Shown: positions 1 to 9,221 of the stretch, piece after piece | How positions within the stretch are numbered: the first letter of the stretch is position 1 | Layout: each line of letters opens with the position of its first letter | Source of the DNA: Octopus sinensis | Lineage: Eukaryota | Assembly (NCBI RefSeq): GCF_006345805.1 | Contig: NW_021827355.1 | Location: 1 to 10,555, forward strand | Length of the DNA stretch: 10,555 nucleotides | Direction: 5' to 3' | Notes under the pieces: generated by a model | Database searches by the model: none | Told to the model about the DNA's origin: nothing | The model's input: only the letters and a program-made list of their open reading frames with translations | Position numbers and translations under genes: made by a program

Positions 1-7
1 CGTCAGA

Positions 8-780
8 GCAATGGGTCGTACGTAATGTTTAGCATGGTGCGGGTGCTTCAAAAGCGAGAGAACGTCATTGGAAGACGATGAGCAGTCTGGAAAACCTGTC
101 ACAAGCGTCACCCCGGAAATGTAGGAAAAATTCATCAGGTTGTTCATGAGGATCGGCGGAGGATAATCATTGACATTGCTGGTGTTGTTGGTATGTCGTA
201 TGTGTGCAGGCAATACTGACGTCTGAATTGAACATGCGGCGTGTATCTGTCAAGTTTCTCCCCCGCCTACTGACCACAGAGCAGCGCGTCGAAATATACC
301 AATATCTCTGTCGGCAACCCGTTGATGACCCGTCTTTCATGTCGAGGATCGTCACTAATGACAAAAGTTGGGTCTACGGGTACGATCTGAGACGAAGCAG
401 TAGTCGTCACAATGGAAGAGGGAGAACAGTCGGCCAAAGCGGCCGGATCTTTGGAGCACGAACAATTGGATTCTTTACGATGGCAATAAACTCTGACACC
501 GAGCTCTCTTCACTCGTGAGTTGTCGCCAAAATCAACACGGTGTCGCTTCCGCACCCGCCCTATTCGTCAGATTCAGCATTCGCGATCTTTCATCTTTTC
601 CTTAAATTGAAAAGGCAGCTCAAAGGTCGCCGTTTTAACACTTTGAACATCATAACCGAATCGCAGAATGTCCTCGATTCGCTCACGGAAAATAACTTCC
701 AGGCTGGAAGTGGAAGGAACGCTGAGATCGGTGTATTGCACCAAGGCCACTATTTCGAAGGAGATGATGTTAAAACTTAG
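8..780 (+). pseudogene. Mariner transposase pseudogene (same family as the SETMAR transposase domain)
   Basis: Stitched translation: AMGRT*CLAWCGCFKSERTSLEDDEQSGKP (HTH region, cf. SLEDxxRSGRP); VHEDRRRII..IA; KFLPRLLT (WVPHEL-equivalent linker); RIVTNDKSWVYGYD (first catalytic D, 360-362); ETKQ*SSQWK; KRPDLWSTNNWILYDGNKL*H (cf. LHHDNAPAH); LPHPPYSSDSAFAIFHLFLKLKRQLKGRRF (cf. HPPYSPDLAPSDFxLF, third D replaced by I); QGHYFEGD. Stops at 23-25, 401-403 and 494-496, with several frameshifts. Confidence 0.93.
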
Positions 781-807
781 GTTAATAAGTTATTGTTATT
801 ATACAAA

Positions 808-838
808 CTAGTCAGGGAACGTTTTGACACTACCTTTA
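808..838 (+). repeat. Probable 3' terminal inverted repeat of the mariner element, ending at a TA target dinucleotide
   Basis: Reverse complement reads TAAAGGTAGTGTCAAAACGTTCCCTGACTAG, similar to mariner termini of the TAYGAGGxxxxTCAAAAAGT type. It lies ~30 bp after the transposase stop. The partner TIR is outside the window, so pairing cannot be verified. Confidence 0.65.
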
Positions 839-859
839 TATATGTTATTTTTCTTTAAA

Positions 860-1204
860 TAAGTGGCAGAAGTTAGAGAGTGACTGAAGATAGTTGGATG
901 CGTTTACCCTTATGCACGAAACTGTTGGCGCTGGAGTAACTTTGTAACTTCTCCCGATTATAAATTTAAAGATGCAAGCACACTCTTTATATTTTGAATA
1001 CTATCTTCCTGTTTTCGTCAACGAGATAGATCGGTAACCACTACACATTTTTCACTCCTTGTTTTTTTCTATGTCCCTTCCTGTAGAAGAACGTAGGCTC
1101 GAAACGTAAAAGACTTTTTCTATTCCTGAGCGTTATACTACAACATCTGTTTGTTTTGTACACCACCTATCTTCGTCTTTTGTTTTTTTCGCGAACTCTC
1201 TCCC
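860..1204 (+). mobile_element. Interspersed repeat fragment, possibly the terminal repeat of a Penelope-like element
   Basis: Contains a hammerhead-like motif CTGTAGA-A-GAAC-GTAG-GCTC-GAAACGTA (1081-1108), then a T-rich 3' segment ending directly at a (TA)n tract. Resembles a repeat I recall from octopus genomes. Left boundary is approximate and no RT or GIY-YIG coding remnant is recognised. Confidence 0.45.

Positions 1205-1236
<32 letters not shown>
1205..1236. repeat. (TA)n microsatellite
   Basis: Seen directly; one interruption. Confidence 0.95.
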
Positions 1237-1372
1237 CACGGAGGAAAAGAAGACAAAAGAAAAACAACGCGATGTCGTAGCAATGCAAAGTATTAAGACC
1301 CTCAGATATATATATATATATATATTAATACATACATACATACATATACGCGCACGCTCGTGTCTGTGTGTA

Positions 1373-1389
1373 TAGATAGATAGATAGAT

Positions 1390-1447
<58 letters not shown>
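1373..1447. repeat. (TAGA)n / (GATA)n tetranucleotide microsatellite
   Basis: About 18 units with one 1-base deletion near 1390. Confidence 0.97.
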
Positions 1448-1448
<1 letters not shown>

Positions 1449-3504
1449 AGGTACGAACTACTAATATTTTCATGCATTAGAGACCTAAATTTAGACAAGT
1501 TCTTATAACATTCTTTGTGCCTTCAGATAATCTCCATGCTCTGAGTACATTACCTATTCAATTTACAAATCAGGACGCTGGAACCACAATTTACCAATCA
1601 AGACGGAGAAATAACGAGAAAGATCGAGAAGAATGTAGATTCAAAATATGGAAGGGGTGAGAAAAAACGGAGAAAGAAAAGAATAGGTAAAAGAAAGAAG
1701 ATTACAGTTATGTCCACTTTGACCGTAAAGACGTAATAAAACTAAGTGTAGAATGATTTGACGGAAAGGAACCCAAAATCTGCCAGACAGCTGCTCGACT
1801 CGGAGAGGCTGATATCCTTCAGTTCGCCAAAATAAATTTATACATATGTCTGCATTAGCTGAAATCTTTTGAGCTGGAATTCAGTGGTGCAGTGGAATTC
1901 TTAGAGCTAAAAAGAATATGCAGTCTTTCAGCTCTGCATAATTTGCGTTTCTTAGATCCATTAACATATTACCATATATTTCTCTACGATTTTCGACTTG
2001 ATTGCATGTGGTGTAGAGATGGTCTTCAAGCCTCGTACGTGGCTAGCAAACTTAGTAGCTTTATTTTCGTCGATGTGTTGGAAAGAAGATAAGTGGTTTG
2101 CAAAACTTTCTTTGAAATCATCTTCGCATAACCCGATCTAATTCTTCTTTTCGGCTAGGTTATCTTGAAGCGTTGCTGTGACAGAGTTTATCTAACACGC
2201 TCGATCAAATTAACAAGCATAAAGATCTCGACAATTACAACTGGGAGTGGGTTCTTCGTGATGCTTATGAATGATTAAGTTCTTCATATTGAACAGCAGT
2301 TGTATGATATTTTAATTGAGAATCTAAGAAAATTCTCCTGTATTTGTAATGCTTATCAGAGTAAGACAGAAATTCCTTGCCTACGTTAATTTTAACATTT
2401 AATGAGAAAGTGGAGGCGAACCTAATTAATTATTTTATCGTTAACAGAATGTTTCCTAAATCTAATAGTATTTCCTTATATTTTCCAATCTCCATCATGA
2501 GATCATTAATGGCGTCGTGATTAATGTAAGCTAGTCTTGCTAAAAAAATTACAAATTTTATTAGCCATTTCTATTTCAAATGCCTTCTTAACAATAAAAA
2601 TGCAGTCTATTCTATTTGCCTTTTCAGTTCTCAAAATAATTGCTGACTCAATGGTACTTGATTATCAATATCCTCAGTAAGTCGTGGTTAAAAGCAACAA
2701 GATATTAACAGTACGCCAACGAGTTATATTAGATTGGTAAAATATTGCTTCAAGGCTCGTTTACACCAACATATCTATTCATTTGAGAAACAATTAAAAG
2801 ATTGACAACGAACCTTTCCAAGCATATTTGGTCTTAAAAAGAAACAACCCTGGCAGTATTAAATAATAAATTGGTAAATTCTTGGACAGGCTCTTCGATA
2901 TGTACATGACAGATTTCTTTAAAACCTGTGCTGTAAATTATGCCTCGGTGAAAAATAATTAAAATTAGTTTAAGATATTCACAGTATAAACGAAAGATCT
3001 AAAAACTGAGGTTATGATTCAAAATACTTTTATACTATGCGCCCCTAATCCGTTAATTTGTAGAATAATCTAAAGATTTTAGATTTATTTCGATTTTTTG
3101 GCATCTGCTTTAAGAAATTTATGGTTTAAAAGCATCAAAAAATGCCTTGTTATTTCCTTCACACAGTTAATTCTTTAAACACGCACGCAGTTAATTTTTA
3201 TAATTATCGCACCGGTATTGCGAGATATCTATTTATATAAATATTTATATAGTTTATTAAAACCGCATTTTCTCTCTGCGAGCTGGCAAATTGCCTTCAC
3301 TATTTCCCAAAATATGTCACCGTTCCACAATGCTTTTTGATTATTTCCTTTTTTCCAATCAGAAATTGATACAGTATTTTAATATTCCCATCCTCTTTCT
3401 TGTCTTCATATTTTCCCGCTTGTCTTTTTGCACGGGTTCCCAAATATGTCTGTAGTTTGGACATGAGGAAATTTGTGATGTTTCAGCTTCAAAGAGAATG
3501 TAGT

Positions 3505-3506
<2 letters not shown>

Positions 3507-3544
<38 letters not shown>
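3507..3544. repeat. (AT)n microsatellite
   Basis: Perfect run followed by decayed AT-rich sequence. Confidence 0.97.
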
Positions 3545-3549
<5 letters not shown>

Positions 3550-4181
3550 AATATATATTGTATGATATTATTTATATGTATTATGTATATTGTCGTCGGC
3601 GGCGGCATGACTCGTGTCCGACTTTGCTTTATTTGGTGCCTCCATGATGCTTAAATCTGACATTACTCAGAAGGCCATCTACTTCCTTTCTTAGTTTTAC
3701 CTTACCTTATATAATGTATGGTAAATAAACAAACAACATAACCTATACTGAATGTAAAATCGAACGGGCGACAAATAGAAGGTCCGTAATTCTTCATCAG
3801 TTATTGACCAATTGGTAATATTCAGTTTCGCACCTAAGACGATTGTACTGAGTGCTTCCCAATTGACGGGGCCCACAAAAAAAAAAAAAATTTCTTGCGG
3901 AGAATTAGGGACGAGAGCAAACAAAACAAAGCAGAACAAGCAAAACGACACCGAGTGTGATTTGAGACGGTGGTGAAGGACGAACAGTCGAACAAAATAC
4001 GGCCTTGGGGCGAAGGGGACGAGAAATGAGGGCACCGCCTAGAAAATGTCTTGAAGGATGGAGAACGTAGAGTCAGAGAATTTGCGACTGGTCGGCTATG
4101 GGACCAGTGTAAGAAAGGAAAGAAAATGTATATACACTCGCACATGTTCGTAAATATATAAGTAAAGTAAAATATATAAGT

Positions 4182-4409
4182 GGAGGCGCAATGGCCTAGT
4201 GGTTAGGGCAGCGGACTTGCGGTCGGAGGATCGCGGTTTCGATTCCCAGACCGGGCGTTGTGTGTGTTTATTGAGCGAAAAACACCTAAAAGCTCCACGA
4301 GGCTCCGGCAGGAGGTGGTGATCCCTGCTGCACTCTTTCACCACTCTAAAAGGCGGTGCTCCAGCATGGCCGCAGTCAAGTGACTGAAACAAGTACAAAA
4401 AAAAAAAAA
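4182..4409 (+). mobile_element. tRNA-derived SINE (tRNA-Arg-like head) with A-rich tail
   Basis: Pol III A box TGGCCTAGTGG (4192-4202) and B box GGTTTCGATTCC (4235-4246) at tRNA-like spacing. The head resembles tRNA-Arg (TGGCCTAATGGATAAGGC...GGTTCGAGTCC), but the acceptor stem does not close. Unique body, 3' tail matching 9636-9690, then an A run to 4409. tRNA-Arg-related SINEs (OR families) are described in octopus. Confidence 0.9.
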
Positions 4410-4470
4410 TGCTCATTAATATTATTATACTCTATCTAATGTACGTTTTACTTTCGTTATGTTATATGTT

Positions 4471-4537
4471 ATAGATAGATAAATAGAGAGAGACAGACAG
4501 ACAGAGAAGAGAGAGAGAGAGAAGAGAGAGAGAGAGA
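4471..4537. repeat. Compound (GATA)/(GACA)/(GA)n microsatellite
   Basis: Seen directly. Confidence 0.9.
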
Positions 4538-4686
4538 TGCATGCCTAGACGCATGCATACGCATATATACTTATCAATATGTGTGTGCATGTATATGTAA
4601 TGGGTTTTCTTTCAGTTTGTGTATCTACGCCTGAGTCCCATATATCAATCCGATTCAATTTCACGTAATTATAATACACATTTCTT

Positions 4687-4692
4687 TGTGTA

Positions 4693-4728
<36 letters not shown>

Positions 4729-4754
4729 GTATGTGTGTGTGTGTGGTTGTGTGT
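4687..4754. repeat. Imperfect (GT)n microsatellite
   Basis: Seen directly. Confidence 0.92.
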
Positions 4755-4972
4755 TTATTGAAGACAGAAAGTAGTTAACGCATGTCCGTAACTGTGCCAA
4801 AGTCGGAAATTGCTTGTAAAATAAGAATTAATTTTTTTTTTAAAAAGGCTAATAAAAATGCGTGACTGTCGGCAATAGGGAAGAAATTGGAATATAATGC
4901 AGAATGTTAGAAGCTTGTTAGGAACCGAACTGTGTGTTTAGAGGAGTAATAAAATGTGAGGGGTTCCAGACT

Positions 4973-5050
4973 GAGAAAGAGAGACAGAGACAGACAGACA
5001 GAGACAGACAGACTGCGATAGAGAGACAGAGAAAGACAGACAGAGAAAGA
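4973..5050. repeat. Imperfect (GACA)/(GAGACA)n repeat
   Basis: Seen directly. Confidence 0.88.
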
Positions 5051-5174
5051 AACAGGCTCAGAAAAAAATAAGAGTGTGTATATGTTGTGTAGTTGTGAAT
5101 GTGTGGTGGGGGTGTTTTAGACAAGACAAAGTTGGTGAGGACAAAGAGATAGGAAAAGAAAAGACAAATACGTG

Positions 5175-5665
5175 GAAGAAGAAGAAGAAGAAGAAGAAGA
5201 AGAAGGGGAAGAATAAGAAGAAGAAGAAGAAGAAGAAGGGGAAGAAGAAGAAGAAGAAGAAGAAGGGGAAGAAGAAGAAGAAGAAGTAGAGGAAGGAGAT
5301 GAAGAGGAAGAAGAGGAAGGAGAAGAAGAAGAAGAAGTAGAGGAAGGAGAAGAAGAGGAAGGAGATGAAGAGGAAGAAGAGGAAGGAGAAGAAGAAGAAG
5401 GGGAAGAAGAAGAAGAAGAGGAAGAAGAAGAAGAAGAAAAGAAGAGGAAGGAAGAAGTAAGAAGGAAGGAGAAGAGTAGGCAGGGAGAAGAAGATGAACG
5501 AGAAGAAGAAGGGGAAAAGAAGAAGAAGAAGAAATAGAAGTAGGAGAAGAAGAAGAAGAAGAAGGGGAAGAAGAAGAAGAAAGAAGAGGGAAGGAGAGAA
5601 GAAGAAGAAGAAGAAGAAGAAGAAGAAAAAGAGGAAGGAGAAGAAGAAGAAGAAGAAGAAGAAGA
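5175..5665. repeat. ~490 bp (GAA)n-based polypurine tract with higher-order subrepeats
   Basis: GAA runs punctuated by GGG, GTA, GAG and GAT; very few pyrimidines on the + strand. Confidence 0.97.
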
Positions 5666-5837
5666 GCGTCGAGAAAGGAGTGTAACCAAGAATGTATGGA
5701 AGAGAGTCAATTCGATTGAAGGAATCGGTGAGAGGCAGAACAAGAAGTTAACATTGCGAAACAGTAAACATCTGAGGCACTTTCTTCATACTGCCTCCTT
5801 CTTCCTCTCTTTACTTCCTCTTTACTTTCTCTTAATA

Positions 5838-5945
5838 AATATATATATATATATGTGTGTGTATGTGTGTGTGTTTATATGTGTGTCGATATATGTATAC
5901 ATGTGTATGTGTGTGTGTTCGTATAAATATGATATATGTATGTAG
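5838..5945. repeat. Compound (AT)n/(GT)n microsatellite
   Basis: Seen directly. Confidence 0.9.
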
Positions 5946-6273
5946 AGAGACACTCACTCGCATACACATAAATATAAATGTGTGCGTGTTCGCGTTGGAT
6001 GTTTGTGTGCGCGCGATTGAAGGATAGTGTAAACATGCGCGTGTCCGTGTGTAGGTTTTAATAATAATAAAATAAAATAAAAAAAGAAGGCGGAGAAGGA
6101 CGAGAATATAAGGATATGAGGATATGGATGAGAATGAGAATGAGAATGAGGATGAGAGAAGCTAGAAATAAATGATAAATGGAATATGAAACTTAATTAG
6201 AGGACGGCAGAGAGAGTCACCTTCTATATTTACATAGAGAAGTATCAATTTAAGAATTAAATTAAGCGTTACA

Positions 6274-6362
6274 ACCACCAGTGACATCAACACCAACACC
6301 ACCATTACTACTACTACTACTACTACTACTACTATTACTACTACTACTACTACCACTACCAC
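6274..6362. repeat. (ACC)/(ACT)n trinucleotide microsatellite
   Basis: Seen directly; it explains the poly-Val ORF 6162-6362(-). Confidence 0.93.
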
Positions 6363-6653
6363 TTATTAATACTGTTAATAATATTTGCCGGTTCTGCTTG
6401 TTGAAAAGCAGGAGCGTAAAAAAAAATTAATTATAATAATAATAATCGCAATAATTTGTACCTGGACAACTGTGTAATATTGTTTACTTGTTTGTTTGTT
6501 TTGTTTAGTTTTTTTTTTTACTTAGAAGAACATAAGGGATATATATATATATAAATATATATATTATAGTGATCGATCTTGGGAAGTGACAGAATTTTGG
6601 ACAAGAGAGTCCGGTACGATCGCATCACTTCTACTGTTGTTGCTTACTGCCAG

Positions 6654-6732
6654 GAATGCAACGACAGGGAAAGTTTGATATTAAGAGTTCCAGCTTTGAT
6701 GGCGAAGCAAAGCCAGCCCGACCATGGATAAG
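6654..6732 (+). other. Candidate short exon of an unidentified gene
   Basis: GC-richer unique island between AT repeats, with pyrimidine-rich tract + CAG acceptor (6651-6653), AAG|GTAAAC donor (GT 6733-6734) and Kozak-like ACCATGG (ATG 6724). No recognised protein similarity. Confidence 0.35.
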
Positions 6733-6792
6733 GTAAACTTGTTAAATCTCACAGCTTTTGTTGCGATGTTTTATCATTTTTTGGCTTGTTTG

Positions 6793-6863
6793 ATCCATCC
6801 ATCCATCCTCCATACATACATACATTATATATGTATAGTGTATATTATATTATGTGTGTATAT

Positions 6864-6894
<31 letters not shown>

Positions 6895-7424
6895 TAAATA
6901 TATATTGTATGTATGTTATGTGTATAGAAGAGGTGTATTTGTATATGTGTGTGTGGTGTGCGTGTGGGTCTGTTTTTGTGTGTGTACACTATATATATAC
7001 ATATATATATTATATATATCTATATTATATATCTATCTATATATATCTGTATTATATATATATATATATATATAATATAATATATATATATACATATATA
7101 GTGTGTGTGTGTGTGTGTGTATCTTTATCTGTCAATGCACCCGCGTATAAATACATAGTTATAAAATGAAACATATGTGTATATATATGTATGTGTGTGT
7201 GTGTAGATAAGTTGTGTTTAACATAAATATGTATGAATGTGTATAATATCTGTAACATATGTAACTTTTAATATTAGAGGTGAGCTTGTGTACGTACGCG
7301 TATGTATGTTTGTATTTACGTATGTTATGATATGTTTAGATATTTATGCACACACATACAAATGTGGATAGATAGACATATAGATACTTTATATGTAAAT
7401 TATATGCATACAGGCACCTATAAC

Positions 7425-7476
<52 letters not shown>

Positions 7477-7815
7477 TACATATATGCATACGTATGTACA
7501 TATATATATATATATATATAGATATATATATATATTATATCTACATATATGCATACGTATGACATATAATATATAGATATATAGACACACACATACATAC
7601 AATATGGAATCATAGACAGATAGACATAGTCAGATGTATGTAAATATATACATATATACACGCCCATCTATAGTACATATATATGTCTCCATATATATCT
7701 AGATATATGCTTACCTATATATAGATATATATTATATATAATATATATATATATATATGCGTTGCGTGTGTGTGTTTATGCTTGTATATATAAATATATA
7801 TGCGTGATTATATGC
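6793..7815. repeat. ~1 kb compound low-complexity region of (TA)n, (TG)n, (CATA)n and (GATA)n
   Basis: Seen directly; source of the Ile/Tyr/Cys/Val-rich spurious ORFs. Confidence 0.93.
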
Positions 7816-8235
7816 ATTAATCTTATAACATGTAAAGAAGACTCACAAATGCAGACAGGTAGACAAACAACGAAAGGTATATACACTCACGCACTCGCAT
7901 ACGCACACACACACACTCACAAGCATGAATATGTAAACAAACTAATGAAGTGTTTTGGGTCGAACTGAAAATATTACTCGAACGCCTGGGATGGATACAG
8001 AAAATAGGATAGTTAGGCGAGCTAGTATCCTGAATGTTTCTCGCGGAATACAAGGCTGGTGAAAAAAAGGAAGGAGTGTCTGTGAAAGAAACACATGTTG
8101 GCTAGGAAACGTGGAAGCGAGTTTGAGAATCTATACAACTGGGCTCGCATTTCCATAAACTTTCAGTAAGTCAGTCGTCCAATAAGAACAATTTTAAAGG
8201 CTGTTTAACAGATTGTTAAAAATATATGTTGCTCG

Positions 8236-8557
8236 AAGAAAGAAAGAAGGAAAGGAAGGAAGGAAGGAAGGAAGGAAGGAAGGAAGGAAGGAAGGAAGGA
8301 AAAAAGAAAGAAGGAAAGAAGGAAGGAAGAAAGAAAGAAAATAGAAAGAAAGAAGGAATGAAAGAAAGAAAGAAAGAAAGACGGAAGGAAGGAAAAACGA
8401 AAGAAAAAGGAAAGAAAGAAAGAAAGGAAGAAGGAAAAAAAGGAAGAAAGAAAGAAAGAAGGAAGAAAAGAAAGAAAGAAGGAAAGAAAGAAGGAAGGAA
8501 AGAAGGAAAGAAGGAGGAAAGAAGGAAAGAAGGAAGGAAAGAAAGAAAGAAAGGAAT
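8236..8557. repeat. (GGAA)n/(GAAA)n polypurine tract
   Basis: Perfect GGAA run followed by mixed GAAA/GGAA units. Confidence 0.97.
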
Positions 8558-8883
8558 GGATGCATAAACCTTTCAGATTTTTTTACTCACAGCAATATGT
8601 TAAAATGATTTTGGCTTCATTTTCTCGTGGTCGCACGTCTTATAAATATATATAAAAAAGAATCTTTTTCATAACACATTATAGGTTTTCAAAGTGTAAA
8701 ATAGAAAAATAATAAAACGTTAGTAGAAGGACAGGTAGCAGATGTAATCCTAGATACACTATATCTGACAAGAACAAAAGGAAAAAATAGGTAGTTGCTA
8801 TGGTAAATGTTGGAATGCCTTTCGTCATACGGTTGCTCCACCGATTATTCAGGAGGTGTTTTTTTGGAATAAACCCATGAATA

Positions 8884-9122
8884 GTAAAATAATAATGATA
8901 AGATAAATGATAATAATCTGATGGTGATGATAATGATAATAATAATGATAATAATATAATAATATAATAATAATAAAATATTAATGATAATGATAATAAT
9001 GGATATGATAAGATAATAATAATGATGATGATAATGATAATAAAATGATAATAAAATATAATAATAATATGATAATGATAATAATAATGATAATGATAAT
9101 AATAATAATAATGATGATGATG

Positions 9123-9160
<38 letters not shown>

Positions 9161-9161
9161 G

Positions 9162-9200
<39 letters not shown>

Positions 9201-9221
9201 TAATGATGATGATGATGATGA
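8884..9221. repeat. (ATA)n/(ATG)n trinucleotide low-complexity tract
   Basis: Seen directly. Confidence 0.95.

Larger units (their letters stand above)
1..840 (+). mobile_element. Degenerate mariner (Tc1/mariner superfamily, DD34D) DNA transposon, 5' end outside window, internally deleted
   Basis: Transposase remnants in all three + frames from base ~8 to stop TAG at 778-780, then a short AT-rich 3' UTR and a TIR-like end terminating in TA at ~837-840. Confidence 0.92.

Noticed and set aside
204-780. ORFs 204-605 and 541-780 as functional genes
   Set aside because: They are frameshifted pieces of the dead mariner transposase, with catalytic motifs damaged.
1758-1775. TTGACGGAAAGGAACC resembling an SSU rRNA motif
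   Set aside because: Short partial match with no flanking rRNA similarity.
3325-3380. Minus-strand TVSISDWKK, reminiscent of a pogo/Tigger HTH
   Set aside because: Too short and no other transposase motifs are recognisable nearby.
4182-4256. Functional tRNA gene
   Set aside because: A and B boxes are present, but the acceptor and anticodon stems pair poorly and the sequence continues into a SINE body and tail.
3697-4416. Three overlapping ~100 aa minus-strand ORFs
   Set aside because: No recognisable domain; they cross poly-T runs and the antisense of a SINE.
5074-5743. Poly-Lys, poly-Ser, poly-Arg or poly-Glu proteins
   Set aside because: These are translations of (GAA)n. The Glu frame has TAA at 5214-5216, and there is no credible start or splice context.
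6389-6410. Hairpin TTCTGCTT-GTTGAA-AAGCAGGA as a terminator or miRNA
   Set aside because: Only ~8 bp of stem, expected by chance, and intrinsic terminators are not relevant in this eukaryotic context.
6854-7667. Ile/Tyr/Cys/Val-rich ORFs
   Set aside because: Dinucleotide-repeat translations.
8194-8567. Lys/Glu/Arg-rich and Phe/Leu/Ser-rich ORFs
   Set aside because: Stop-free only because GGAA/GAAA repeats lack stop codons.
8720-8860. Possible additional old interspersed repeat fragment
   Set aside because: Only a vague resemblance from memory, with no second copy or diagnostic motif in the window.
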